Below are positions 1 to 9,650 of a DNA stretch of 64,000 bases, piece by piece (the stretch's first letter is position 1; each line of letters opens with the position of its first letter). Source of the DNA: Paracoccaceae bacterium (GTDB taxonomy: Bacteria; Pseudomonadota; Alphaproteobacteria; Rhodobacterales; Rhodobacteraceae); the NCBI GenBank assembly GCA_024742455.1, contig JANSYL010000012.1, positions 17,849 through 81,848 on the forward strand. The letters are read 5' to 3'. The notes below the pieces were generated by a model, which was not told the origin of the DNA, searched no databases, and worked only from the letters and a program-made list of their open reading frames with translations. The translations under genes were made by a program, and so were the position numbers.

Positions 1-241
1 CGTTGGGGGGGCGGACCTTGGCGATCACGTCGCAGCCTTTCCACAGGCTGGCGGCGGTCTTGTAGATCTGGACACCCGCCGCCTTGTAGGCCGCGTCGGA
101 AAACCCCGCTGCCTCCCCGGCGCCGGATTCCACCGCGCATTCATAGCCCAGCTTTTGCAGTTGCGCCGCGCTGTCGGGTGTCATCGCCACCCGCGCTTCG
201 CCTGCCTCGACCTCTTTCGGAGCCCCGATTTTCACTGTCAT
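1..241 (-). CDS. pntA: NAD(P) transhydrogenase alpha subunit (PntA-type), N-terminal fragment; the gene runs off the window start
   Basis: The reverse complement of 1-241 reads MTVKIGAPKEVEAGEARVAMTPDSAAQLQKLGYECAVESGAGEAAGFSDAAYKAAGVQIY... This matches the conserved N-terminus of PntA and alanine-dehydrogenase-fold proteins. It is absent from the ORF track because the window edge truncates it. Confidence 0.7.
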   Translation of the reverse strand, partial: MTVKIGAPKEVEAGEARVAMTPDSAAQLQKLGYECAVESGAGEAAGFSDAAYKAAGVQIYKTAASLWKGCDVIAKVRPPN

Positions 242-472
242 CCCCTCTTTCGCTGACGCCAGCACCGAGGTGCCATAACAAGGCGGCGCGCGGTCCACAA
301 CATGCGGTTTCACGACAGATAATTACGTATACAATGGCATACCACGCAATATTCTGTCAGGGTTGTGCCCTGCCCCGCGCGCTCCACCTCAGGTTCTGGC
401 CGATGGCACACCGCATTGCGCGCCGCCGCCCCGCGTGATTGGGTCCGCCGCATGGGAGAGGGAGGATCAGTC

Positions 473-1234
473 ATGCAACTCCAAGCACGCCACGCCCTGG
501 TCACCGGCGGCGGAACGGGCATTGGCCGTGACATCGCCGAGGCGCTGGCCCGTGAAGGGGCGGACGTGACGATCACGGGCCGTAACCTCGATCGGTTACA
601 GGAGGTCGCAGCAGAAACTCCGCGCCTTCACCCGCTGCAAATGGACGTGGCCCGCGAGGCATCGGTGCGCGACGGAATCGCCGCCGCCGCCGACGCGCGC
701 GGCCCGTTGACCATCTGTGTCGCCAATGCGGGCATCGCCGAACCGGCTCTGTTCCACCGCGAAACGCTGGACCATTGGCGCCACACCATGGCGATCAATC
801 TGGACGGGGCTTTCCTGACGTTCCAGGCCGCGCTGGCGACGCTTTCCCCCGACCAACCGGCCCGGATGATTGCCATCGCCTCCATCGCCGGGCTGCGCGG
901 CCTGCGTGGCGCTATTGCCTACACGGCATCAAAACACGGGCTGATCGGCCTGATCCGGGGCATGAGCGAGGAATACATGGGCGGCCCCGTCACCTTCAAC
1001 GCGATCTGCCCGGGCTACGTCGATACCCCCATCGTCGATCGCAACGCCGCCCAGATCGCCGACCGCCAGGACATCACCGATGACGAGGCGCGGATGATCC
1101 TTGCCAAGGGCAACCGCCACCGCCGCCTGCTGGACACCGAAGAGGTGACCGCCACCGCGCTCTGGCTGTGTTCCGACGCCGCGCGCAGCGTCAATGGCCA
1201 GACGATCCAGATCGCCGGGGGGCAGGTGTCCTGA
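473..1234 (+). CDS. Short-chain dehydrogenase/reductase (SDR) family oxidoreductase
   Basis: Has the TGGGTGIG Rossmann motif right after MQLQARHALV and the YTASKHG catalytic Y-x3-K motif. I chose the internal ATG at 473, preceded by GGGAGAGGGAGGA, over the track start at 365. Confidence 0.85.
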   Translation: MQLQARHALVTGGGTGIGRDIAEALAREGADVTITGRNLDRLQEVAAETPRLHPLQMDVAREASVRDGIAAAADARGPLTICVANAGIAEPALFHRETLDHWRHTMAINLDGAFLTFQAALATLSPDQPARMIAIASIAGLRGLRGAIAYTASKHGLIGLIRGMSEEYMGGPVTFNAICPGYVDTPIVDRNAAQIADRQDITDDEARMILAKGNRHRRLLDTEEVTATALWLCSDAARSVNGQTIQIAGGQVS

Positions 1235-1301
1235 CCCGCCCTTCGTCTTGCTTCAATTCCGCCCGCCGGAGGCATCCCCGGCCAGCCACGGACGCCCGCA
1301 G

Positions 1302-2492
1302 ATGACCGATTTCAACGTCACCAGAACCCGGTTCCACCTGCCCGACGGGGTGATCTATCTCGACGGAAATTCGCTGGGCCCCCTGCCCAGTGGCGCAGTC
1401 GACCGGGCCACCCGGGCGATGGAGAACGAATGGGGCGAGATGCTGATCGGCGGCTGGAACACGGCCGGTTGGATCGATCTGCCCACCACGCTCGGCGACA
1501 GGATCGCGCCATTGATCGGGGCGGCCCCTGGCACCACCCTCGTCGGCGACACCCTGTCGATCCGGCTTTACCAGGCGCTGGGCGCGGCGCTGGGCCTGAC
1601 CGACCGGCGCGTGGTGCTGACCGACAGCGGCAATTTCCCCTCCGATCTCTACATGGCGCGGGGTCTGTTGAAGACACTCGGCCAAGGCCATCAGTTGCGG
1701 ATCGTCGACCCCGAAGCGGTGGCCGATGCCCTGACCCAGGAGGTGGGCGTGCTGATGTTGACCCAGGTCGATTACCGCACCGGCCGGATGCATGACATGG
1801 CGGCGCTGACCGCGCAGGCCCATGCCATGGGCGCGCTGACGGTCTGGGACCTGGCCCATTCGGCGGGGGCGGTGCCGGTGGACCTGGCAGGCGCGGGGGC
1901 CGATTTCGCCGTCGGATGTACCTACAAGTTCCTCAATGGCGGGCCCGGCGCGCCTGCCTTCATCCATGTGAGCCCCCGCCATGCCGACACCGCGCCGACG
2001 CTTCTGAACGGCTGGCTCGGCCATGCTGCCCCCTTTGCGTTTGAGGCCGGGTATCGCCCCGCCCCCGGCATCGCGCGGATGCGCGTGGGCACACCGCCGG
2101 TGATCCAGATGCGCGTGCTCGAGGCTGCGCTCGATATCTGGGACGATGTCGATATGGCCGATCTGCGGGCCCGGTCCATTGCGCTGTCGGATTGTTTCAT
2201 CGCGGGGGTCGAGGCGGCCTGCCCCGCCCTCACGCTCGCTTCGCCCCGCGATCCGCACCAGCGCGGCAGCCAGGTGTCGTTCCGCTTCGCCGATGGCTAC
2301 GCCGCGATGCAGGCGCTGATCGCGCGCGGGGTGATCGGCGATTTCCGCGCCCCCGATATCATGCGCTTCGGCATCACGCCCCTTTACACGACAAGGGCCG
2401 ATATCGACGCCGCGGTGAACCATCTGGCCGAGGTCATCGCCACCCGCGCCTATGACGACCCCGCCTTCCGCGCGCGGCGTGCCGTCACCTGA
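1302..2492 (+). CDS. kynU: Kynureninase
   Basis: The protein from MTDFNVTRTRFHLPDGVIYLDGNSLGP onward has the PLP-enzyme features (CTYKFLNGGPGAP) typical of bacterial kynureninase. The start was moved to the ATG at 1302, because the upstream part overlaps the SDR gene. Confidence 0.85.
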   Translation: MTDFNVTRTRFHLPDGVIYLDGNSLGPLPSGAVDRATRAMENEWGEMLIGGWNTAGWIDLPTTLGDRIAPLIGAAPGTTLVGDTLSIRLYQALGAALGLTDRRVVLTDSGNFPSDLYMARGLLKTLGQGHQLRIVDPEAVADALTQEVGVLMLTQVDYRTGRMHDMAALTAQAHAMGALTVWDLAHSAGAVPVDLAGAGADFAVGCTYKFLNGGPGAPAFIHVSPRHADTAPTLLNGWLGHAAPFAFEAGYRPAPGIARMRVGTPPVIQMRVLEAALDIWDDVDMADLRARSIALSDCFIAGVEAACPALTLASPRDPHQRGSQVSFRFADGYAAMQALIARGVIGDFRAPDIMRFGITPLYTTRADIDAAVNHLAEVIATRAYDDPAFRARRAVT

Positions 2493-2638
2493 GACCGGCG
2501 AATTATGCCCTGTTTGTCGGGGCTTGGGCCATCGGCATACCGTTGTATTCCCGCAACCCATTCATTTTCAACAATTTTCCTGTTTACACGACGGACAGAG
2601 CGGTTAGATGCAAGTTATCTGACCCATGAGCCCCGACC

Positions 2639-3919
2639 ATGAACCTTGAAGACCACCCCCTGCGCTACGCGCTCGCCAACGAGCTGCACGCCCGTCCCTT
2701 CCCCGCAATCCCCTGCCCGGGACAGGCCCTGTTCCTCGCGATCAAGGAACCCGCGCAGGCGGCGAAACGCGACCGGGCCCGCGACCGGGCGCATCTCCTG
2801 GCGCTGCTTGACCGGTTCGGCGCCGACCACCCGGCACCGGATGCCACGCATTATTTCGGAGATTTGGGCAAGTTCCGGCTCAAATGGGAACAACACACCG
2901 AATTCGTCACCTATACGGCATTTCTCGATTCCAACGGCGAACGCCCGTTCGACCCCGCCATCTGGGACGTGTTTCCCGAAGACTGGCTGGCCGATTCACC
3001 CGGCACCCGCGTCACCTCGGCCCATATCAGGATCGAAGACACCCCTGACGAGCGTCAGATCGCGGATGCGCTGAACGAGTGGATGGTGCCCGAAAGCCTG
3101 GCCGTAAGCCATGTGCTGGACCAGACCGCGATCATCGCGGGCGATTTTCGCATCGACAGCGCCGGGCACATGCGGTTCGCAGTCTTCTGCAAACCCGATA
3201 CCGGCAGCCGCCGGATCGGCCGGATCGTGCAGCGGATCTGCGAGATCGAGACCTACAAGGCGATGTCGATGCTGGGCCTGCCGCGCGCGCGCGACATCTC
3301 GCGCCGGATGGGCGAGATGGATGAAAGCCTTGCCGGTCTGGTCAGCGACATGACCGGGGACCTGTCGAAACCCGACGAGACGCTGACGCAGCTGCTGGCG
3401 ATCGCGGCGGAGCTGGAAAAACTGCAGACCGAAAGCGCGTTCCGCTTCGGCGCGACCGGGGCCTACGAGGCGCTGGTGATGCAGCGCATCGAGGTGATGC
3501 GCGAGGAACGGTTCCGGGGCCGCCAGACCTTCGGTGAATTCATGATGCGCCGCTTCGATCCGGCCATGCGCACCGTCAAGGCGACCGAACGGCGGCTGCT
3601 CAGCATGACCGAACGGGCGATCCGCGCGGGCGATCTGCTGAGGACCCGGGTCGACGTGGACCGGTCGGCCCAGAACCAGGTGCTGCTGGCCAGCATGGAC
3701 CGCCGCGCCGACCTTCAGCTGCGCCTGCAACGCACGGTCGAAGGCCTGTCGGTTGTCGCGATCAGCTATTACGCGGTGAACCTCGTCGTCTACCTGCTGG
3801 GCCCGGTGGCCGAGGGGTCGGGCATGTCCTCGACCCTTCTTACCGGGCTTGTCGTGGTGCCCGTGGTCCTGCTGGTCTGGCTGGTGGTGCGGTCGATCCG
3901 CCGGTCGATGGAAAAATAA
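2639..3919 (+). CDS. DUF3422 family membrane-anchored protein
   Basis: The N-terminus HPLRYALANELHARPFP and the two C-terminal TM helices match my recollection of the DUF3422 family. GC3 is high throughout. Confidence 0.7.
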   Translation: MNLEDHPLRYALANELHARPFPAIPCPGQALFLAIKEPAQAAKRDRARDRAHLLALLDRFGADHPAPDATHYFGDLGKFRLKWEQHTEFVTYTAFLDSNGERPFDPAIWDVFPEDWLADSPGTRVTSAHIRIEDTPDERQIADALNEWMVPESLAVSHVLDQTAIIAGDFRIDSAGHMRFAVFCKPDTGSRRIGRIVQRICEIETYKAMSMLGLPRARDISRRMGEMDESLAGLVSDMTGDLSKPDETLTQLLAIAAELEKLQTESAFRFGATGAYEALVMQRIEVMREERFRGRQTFGEFMMRRFDPAMRTVKATERRLLSMTERAIRAGDLLRTRVDVDRSAQNQVLLASMDRRADLQLRLQRTVEGLSVVAISYYAVNLVVYLLGPVAEGSGMSSTLLTGLVVVPVVLLVWLVVRSIRRSMEK

Positions 3920-3928
3920 TCTTCCCGA

Positions 3929-5539
3929 TCAGGCGCGGCGCAGGGCGCGGCGCATGATCTTTCCGGTGGCCGTCATCGGAAGCGTTTCGGCCTGCACGAA
4001 TTTGCGCGGCACGAGATGGGCCGAGACCTCGTCGCGCACCCGGGCCTTCAGTTCAGCCTCGATATCCGGCAGGGCCACGCCCGTGCGCAGCACGACATGG
4101 GCCACGACGATCTGCGTGCGCACCGGGTCGGGGTCGCCGACCACGGCGGCCAGCACCACGTCGGGGTGCCGCGCAAGGGCCTGTTCGATCTCGACCGGGC
4201 CGATCCGGTAACCTGCCGAGGTGATGATGTCGTCGTCCCGGGCGTGAAACACCAGGTGCCCGTCAGCGCGCCGGGTCGCAAGGTCACCGGTTCTGAGCCA
4301 CCCGTCCCTGATCTTGGCCGCCGTCGCCCCGGGCTTGTTCCAGTATTCCAGGAACATCACCGGATCCGGGGCCGCGACGCAAACCTCGCCCACTTCGCCT
4401 GTGCCGACCTCGCCCTTGTCATCGCGCAGGCTGACGCGGTGGCCGGGCACGGGCAGGCCCATGGCACCGGGCACACGGTCCATCAGGCCGGTGCAGGCGG
4501 CGACAACCAGGTTGGCCTCGGTCTGGCCGTAGAACTCGTTGATCGGGCTGCCCAGCCGGTCCTGCCCCCAATCCAGAAGGTCCGCGCCCAGCGCCTCGCC
4601 CCCCGACCCGATCGCACGCAGTCGCAATCCCGGGGGCGGCAACGCATCGCGCATCAGGCGCAGGGCCGTGGGCGGGATGAAGGCGTTGGTCACGGTCTCT
4701 TGCGCCATCAGGCGGAACGCGGCATCGGGGTCGAACTTGGCAAAGCGATGCGCCACCAGCGGCACGCCGTAGTAAAGGCAGGGCAGCGCCATATCCATCA
4801 ACCCGCCGATCCAGGCCCAGTCGGCGGGCGTCCAGCCGACGGCGCCGGGCTGCGGGAAGAACCCCTGGCTCAATTCCATGCAAGGCAGGTGACCGATCAG
4901 GAAGCGATGCGCGTGCAACACGCCCTTGGGGTCACCCGTGGTGCCCGAGGTGTAGATCATCACCGCGGGGTCTTCGGCGGTCACGGCCTCGGGTGTGAAC
5001 CCGTCGGCGGGGGTGGCGGCAAGGTCGGGGAAGGACAGAACCGGCGCGCGGGCCTGCCCGGTTGTGATCACCAGTTCCAGAGCCGGCAAGGTCGGTTTCA
5101 GATCCATCACCTTGTCGAGCGTCTCGGGCGCGGTGATCACCGCCCGGGCCCCTGAATCCGACAGCCGGTAGCGCAGCGCTTCGACCCCGAAAAGGGTGAA
5201 GAGCGGAAGCGCCACCGCCCCCAGTTTCATCGCTGCGAAATGCGCCACCAGAACCTCGGGTGCCTGCGCCAACAGGATCGCAACCCGGTCGCCCCGTCGC
5301 ACCCCCTTGGCCCACAGCGCGACAGCCAGCCCGTCCGAGGCGCGTTTCAGCGCGGCATAGGTCCATGTCTGCCGCCCCCCATCGGGCAGACGATGGATGA
5401 TCGCAACCTGGTCGGGCACCCGCGCCGCCCAATCGTCACAGCACACCCTTGCAATGTTGAAACGGTCGGCGACAGGCCAGGCGAACCCTTCGGTAAGGGT
5501 CGTCCAATCGGCCTGGGCCTGGAAAAGCCGCCGGTCCAT
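3929..5539 (-). CDS. AMP-dependent synthetase/ligase (acyl-CoA synthetase family)
   Basis: Has the AMP-binding signature YTSGTTGDPKG, plus the TGD motif and the C-terminal GKI..R lysine motif. Confidence 0.85.
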   Translation of the reverse strand: MDRRLFQAQADWTTLTEGFAWPVADRFNIARVCCDDWAARVPDQVAIIHRLPDGGRQTWTYAALKRASDGLAVALWAKGVRRGDRVAILLAQAPEVLVAHFAAMKLGAVALPLFTLFGVEALRYRLSDSGARAVITAPETLDKVMDLKPTLPALELVITTGQARAPVLSFPDLAATPADGFTPEAVTAEDPAVMIYTSGTTGDPKGVLHAHRFLIGHLPCMELSQGFFPQPGAVGWTPADWAWIGGLMDMALPCLYYGVPLVAHRFAKFDPDAAFRLMAQETVTNAFIPPTALRLMRDALPPPGLRLRAIGSGGEALGADLLDWGQDRLGSPINEFYGQTEANLVVAACTGLMDRVPGAMGLPVPGHRVSLRDDKGEVGTGEVGEVCVAAPDPVMFLEYWNKPGATAAKIRDGWLRTGDLATRRADGHLVFHARDDDIITSAGYRIGPVEIEQALARHPDVVLAAVVGDPDPVRTQIVVAHVVLRTGVALPDIEAELKARVRDEVSAHLVPRKFVQAETLPMTATGKIMRRALRRA

Positions 5540-5552
5540 CGACGGACGCGCG

Positions 5553-6011
5553 TCAGCCTTCGAGTTCGGCCGGCGCGTCGATGGCGGCCGGGTCGACAGG
5601 CACGATCTGGACCACGGTCACGGTCGGCAGCGCCGACAGCGGGATGCCCAGTGCATCATAGCCCTGCAGCGACAGGCGTGAGCCCGAGTTGCGTTCCCCG
5701 CCCGAGGGGCGCAGCGTCAGGTTCACGATGGTGCCATCCTCGCCGATGATCTGGCCGGGGCCTTCTTCGGTCACCAGCGGCGTTTCCAGCCAGAGGCCGG
5801 GCACCGAGGCATCGCCAAGCGAGATCACCGAGAACCCGACGACGCGGCCTTCGCCGGCGGCCTCGACCGCCTCGGCTGCGGCCGGGTCAACGGCTTCGGT
5901 CACCGTTTCTTCGGCGGTATTGCCGGCGCGGTTGCCGAACAGGCCGCCACCAAGGTTGGAGACGCAGCCGCCAAGGACCAGAACGAAGGGAAGAAGAAAC
6001 ATGATGCGCAT
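5553..6011 (-). CDS. Hypothetical lipoprotein
   Basis: MRIMFLLPFVLVLGGC is a signal peptide with a lipobox cysteine. I recognise no domain. The start was set at the internal ATG immediately before the signal peptide. Confidence 0.6.
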   Translation of the reverse strand: MRIMFLLPFVLVLGGCVSNLGGGLFGNRAGNTAEETVTEAVDPAAAEAVEAAGEGRVVGFSVISLGDASVPGLWLETPLVTEEGPGQIIGEDGTIVNLTLRPSGGERNSGSRLSLQGYDALGIPLSALPTVTVVQIVPVDPAAIDAPAELEG

Positions 6012-6096
6012 GGACTGCCTGATACCGGCAAACGGGTCGGCCCGCAACCGATCTGCGGCGCTTGCGGGGGGCGGGATCACAGCCTAGGTTTCCGCC

Positions 6097-7107
6097 ATGC
6101 TGACCGATGCTCCCCTGATCGACCCGTTCCAGCGCGCGATCCGCTACCTGCGGGTTTCGGTGACCGATCGCTGCGATTTCCGCTGTGTCTACTGCATGTC
6201 CGAGCAGATGACCTTTCTGCCGAAGAAAGAACTTCTGACGCTGGAGGAGCTGGACCGGATGTGTTCGGCCTTTGTGCGGATGGGGGTCGAAAAGTTGCGC
6301 ATCACCGGCGGCGAACCGCTGGTGCGGCGGGACATGATGACGTTTTTCCGCGCGATGGGCCGACACCTAGAAACCGGCGCGCTGAAGGAATTGACCCTGA
6401 CCACCAATGGCAGCCAGCTCGACCGTTTCGCAGATGACCTGGCGGCGGCGGGCGTGCGGCGTGTGAACGTGTCGCTCGACACGCTGGACGACGCGAAATT
6501 CGCCGCCATCACCCGGTGGGGGCGTCTGGCACAGGTCTTGAAAGGCATCGACGCGGCGCAGAAGGCGGGGATACGCGTCAAGATCAACGCCGTGGCCCTT
6601 AAGGGCGTGAACGAAGATGAACTGTTCGACCTGCAGGCCTGGTGCGCCGACCGTGACATGGACCTCACCTTTATCGAGGTCATGCCGATGGGCGATCTGG
6701 GCAATGAGGACCGGCTGGCGCAATACTGGAGCCTGAAGGACCTGCGCGCCCGGCTGGACGATCGTTTCACCCTGGTCGACCTTGCCGAACGCACGGGCGG
6801 CCCCGCGCGTTACGTGCAGGTACAGGAGACAGGGCAGAAGATCGGGTTCATCACGCCGCTGTCCCACAATTTCTGCGAAAGCTGCAACCGGGTGCGGCTG
6901 ACCTGTACGGGGCAGCTTTACATGTGCCTCGGGCAGGAGGACATGGCCGACCTGCGCGCGCCCTTGCGCGCCTCACCGGATGATGCACCGCTGGAGGACG
7001 CGATCCGCGCCGCCATCGCCCGCAAGCCCAAGGGCCATGATTTCGACTATTCCCGCCAGATGGTCGACGGCCAGGTCAGCCGCCACATGAGCCATACGGG
7101 CGGCTGA
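6097..7107 (+). CDS. moaA: GTP 3',8-cyclase (molybdenum cofactor biosynthesis protein A)
   Basis: Has the radical-SAM motif [16 protein letters not shown], the C-terminal second cluster [13 protein letters not shown], and the characteristic GG tail. Confidence 0.95.
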   Translation: MLTDAPLIDPFQRAIRYLRVSVTDRCDFRCVYCMSEQMTFLPKKELLTLEELDRMCSAFVRMGVEKLRITGGEPLVRRDMMTFFRAMGRHLETGALKELTLTTNGSQLDRFADDLAAAGVRRVNVSLDTLDDAKFAAITRWGRLAQVLKGIDAAQKAGIRVKINAVALKGVNEDELFDLQAWCADRDMDLTFIEVMPMGDLGNEDRLAQYWSLKDLRARLDDRFTLVDLAERTGGPARYVQVQETGQKIGFITPLSHNFCESCNRVRLTCTGQLYMCLGQEDMADLRAPLRASPDDAPLEDAIRAAIARKPKGHDFDYSRQMVDGQVSRHMSHTGG

Positions 7108-7110
7108 CCC

Positions 7111-7845
7111 TCAGGGCGCGGCGGTTTCGATGACCGGGCCTTGCGGGCCGAGAAGAAGCAGCGCGCCATTTGCAGTGAAATCGAACCCGTAGACCAGCGG
7201 AAGCGCGTCCAGAAACCGGCGTTCGGTCGTCATCTGCGGCTCGGGGCAGGCCATCATCGTCGTCGCCCCCTCCCCCAAAGTCAGCCCCTCGCCCGTCAGG
7301 CTGGCGGCGGCAAAAAACCGGTTGCAGCCCGCGTCGCCCGCGATCCGGCCTTCACCGTCGAAGGCCAGCGTCACCGTCACCCCGTCGGGCACCGGCCGTT
7401 CGGCGATTGTGACCACCTGCCATTCCCGCCCGGTCAGCAGGTCCATCGGGTCGCCGCCGCAGCCCTCATAGACCGTATCGCCAAGCGCAAGTCTGGCGGT
7501 GTCGGGATAGGGCAGGCCGGTCATCGTGTCCCGGCAGAGCATCGGCACCAGGTCCAGCGTCGCGGTCAATGGCAGGTCCGGCGCCGAGGCGAAGATGGTG
7601 CGTGATCCGGCCTCGGTTACGGTGTCGGTCACAGTGAAGGCGACGGTCTCGAAATCGAGCCGCCGCAGCACCATCGCGGGCGGATCGACCGCGACCGACC
7701 AGAAGGGTTCATTGCCTTGCGCGGTGTAGGCGGGAACATCCGTATCGGACCGGCCTGCCGAGACAGAGCACAACAGAGCGACCGCTGCCGATGCAAGGAC
7801 AAGGGACCTGAATCGCGCCACCGGGTCAAAGCCGCGTCGGATCAT
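7111..7845 (-). CDS. META domain-containing (HslJ-like) exported protein
   Basis: The segment GREWQVVTIAERPVP...FDGEGRIAGDAGCNRFFAAASL...ATTMMACPE is typical of META/DUF306. A signal-like N-terminus is present. An alternative start at 7896 would overlap the upstream gene by 71 nt. Confidence 0.7.
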   Translation of the reverse strand: MIRRGFDPVARFRSLVLASAAVALLCSVSAGRSDTDVPAYTAQGNEPFWSVAVDPPAMVLRRLDFETVAFTVTDTVTEAGSRTIFASAPDLPLTATLDLVPMLCRDTMTGLPYPDTARLALGDTVYEGCGGDPMDLLTGREWQVVTIAERPVPDGVTVTLAFDGEGRIAGDAGCNRFFAAASLTGEGLTLGEGATTMMACPEPQMTTERRFLDALPLVYGFDFTANGALLLLGPQGPVIETAAP

Positions 7846-8461
7846 AGCTTTCCTCCAGCCAGGTTTCGAAATCACGGCCCGCGGATTCGGTTTCATACTG
7901 GTCCAGGACCCGGTCCAGCACCCCGGTTTTCGACCCCTTGAAATGAAGGAACCGGGGGCTGAGCATCCGGCGTGCCTCGGCCAGGGGTTTTCCCTCGATC
8001 ACCAGGAGGTAGAGCGCGGAGGCCAGCCCCGCCCGGTCTGCCCCGGATTTGCAATGCATCAGGAACGGTTTCTCGATGGTCCGGAACTTGTCGATCAGCG
8101 CCGTGAGCGACGCCTTGGGCGGCGCGGATTTGTCGGAAAACCCGATGGCATGCAGCGTCAGGCCCAATTCGCGGCAATAAATCTTTTCGGTGGCGTAATG
8201 GGCGCTGTCGGCCGATCCGCGCAGGGTCAGCACCGACACCACCCCCCGCCGCTTCAGCCGGTGCAGCCGTCCGGGTGTGGGATGGTTCGACCGGATCACC
8301 CCCGGCGCAATCTGCATCTGGTTCGTCCAGAACAACCGCAACACGGCATGGTCGAACCACAGCATGTAGATGCGCGCCCGCCGCCAGCTTTCCACATCCG
8401 TTGGCGCGACGTTGAAATGGGCCCGCCAGCGCCGTTCCAGCCTATCCAGAGCCTTCAGCAT
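7826..8461 (-). CDS. Protein tyrosine / dual-specificity phosphatase family protein
   Basis: Has the Cys-X5-Arg active-site loop HCKSGADRAG. Its start codon shares one nucleotide with the stop of the upstream M20 gene (TGATG). Confidence 0.75.
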   Translation of the reverse strand: MLKALDRLERRWRAHFNVAPTDVESWRRARIYMLWFDHAVLRLFWTNQMQIAPGVIRSNHPTPGRLHRLKRRGVVSVLTLRGSADSAHYATEKIYCRELGLTLHAIGFSDKSAPPKASLTALIDKFRTIEKPFLMHCKSGADRAGLASALYLLVIEGKPLAEARRMLSPRFLHFKGSKTGVLDRVLDQYETESAGRDFETWLEESYDPTRL

Positions 8462-9624
8462 CAGGCGGCGGGCATCCGCCGTTCAACCAGTTCCGCCCAC
8501 CACGAACAGCCAGCCGGGATGATCTCGTCGTTGAAATTGTAACGCGGCGTGTGGACATGGGCGGTGTCGCCATTGCCCACGAGGATATAGGCCCCGGGCC
8601 GTTCCTCGAGCATGAAGGCGAAATCCTCGCCCCCCATGACCTGCGGCGCCTCGGCGCAATTGCCCGCAACGGCGGTGGCCACCTCGGCGGCAAAGGCGGT
8701 TTCGGCCTCGGAATTGACCATGACCGGGTAATTGCGCTGGTAGTCCAGCACCGCGCTGCCGCCAAAGGTTGCTGCCGTGCCTTCGACGATCTCGCGCATG
8801 CGGCGCTCGGCCAGATCGCGTGTCTCCGGGTCAAGCGTGCGGACGGTGCCGCGCAGATGCACGGTGTCGGGGATCACGTTGAAGGCCTTGGTGGCGGTCT
8901 CGAAACTGGTGACCGAGACAACGAGTTGCCTTGTCGGGTCGGCGTTGCGGCTGACGATGGTCTGCAGGGCCAGCACGATGTGGCTGGCGATCACGGTGCT
9001 GTCGACGGTCACATGCGGTTTGGCGGCATGCCCCCCCTGCCCCTGCACACGGATGTCGAAAAGGTCGGTGGCCGCGAAAAAGGCGCCGGGGCGGATGGCG
9101 AACTGACCGAGGGGCTGACCGGGCCAGTTATGCATCCCGTAAACCTCCTGAATGCCGAACCGGTCCAGCATCCCGTCCTCGACCATCTCGCGCCCGCCAC
9201 CGCCGCCTTCTTCGGCCGGCTGGAAGATGACCGCGACGGTGCCGTCGAAATTGCGTGTCTCGGCAAGGTATTTCGCGGCCCCGAGCAGCATCGCGGTATG
9301 CCCGTCATGGCCGCAGGCATGCATCAGCCCGGGCGTCTTCGACGCGTAATCAAGTCCGGTTTCCTCGTGGATCGGCAGCGCGTCCATGTCGGCGCGCAGC
9401 CCGATCACCTTGCCCGATCCGTTGGCGCGGCCCTTGATGATCCCGACCACGCCGGTGCGCCCGATCCCCGTGACCACCTCGTCACAACCGAACTGGGCCA
9501 GCTTCTCGGCCACCAGGGCCGAGGTGCGATGCGTGTCGAACAGCAGTTCCGGATGGGCGTGGATGTCGCGCCGCCATTCGGTGATCTCGGGCAGCAATTC
9601 GGCGAAACGGTTCTTGATCGGCAT
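8461..9624 (-). CDS. M20 family amidohydrolase (hippurate hydrolase / N-acyl-amino-acid amidohydrolase type)
   Basis: Has the IHAHPEL, MHACGHDGH and FQPAEEGGGG motifs characteristic of M20D peptidases. Confidence 0.85.
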   Translation of the reverse strand: MPIKNRFAELLPEITEWRRDIHAHPELLFDTHRTSALVAEKLAQFGCDEVVTGIGRTGVVGIIKGRANGSGKVIGLRADMDALPIHEETGLDYASKTPGLMHACGHDGHTAMLLGAAKYLAETRNFDGTVAVIFQPAEEGGGGGREMVEDGMLDRFGIQEVYGMHNWPGQPLGQFAIRPGAFFAATDLFDIRVQGQGGHAAKPHVTVDSTVIASHIVLALQTIVSRNADPTRQLVVSVTSFETATKAFNVIPDTVHLRGTVRTLDPETRDLAERRMREIVEGTAATFGGSAVLDYQRNYPVMVNSEAETAFAAEVATAVAGNCAEAPQVMGGEDFAFMLEERPGAYILVGNGDTAHVHTPRYNFNDEIIPAGCSWWAELVERRMPAA

Positions 9625-9650
9625 GATTGGTCCTTTGGTCCGGGGCGATG

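Noticed and set aside
1191-2561. A 456-aa minus-strand ORF.
   Set aside because: It is antisense to kynureninase and has no recognisable motifs.
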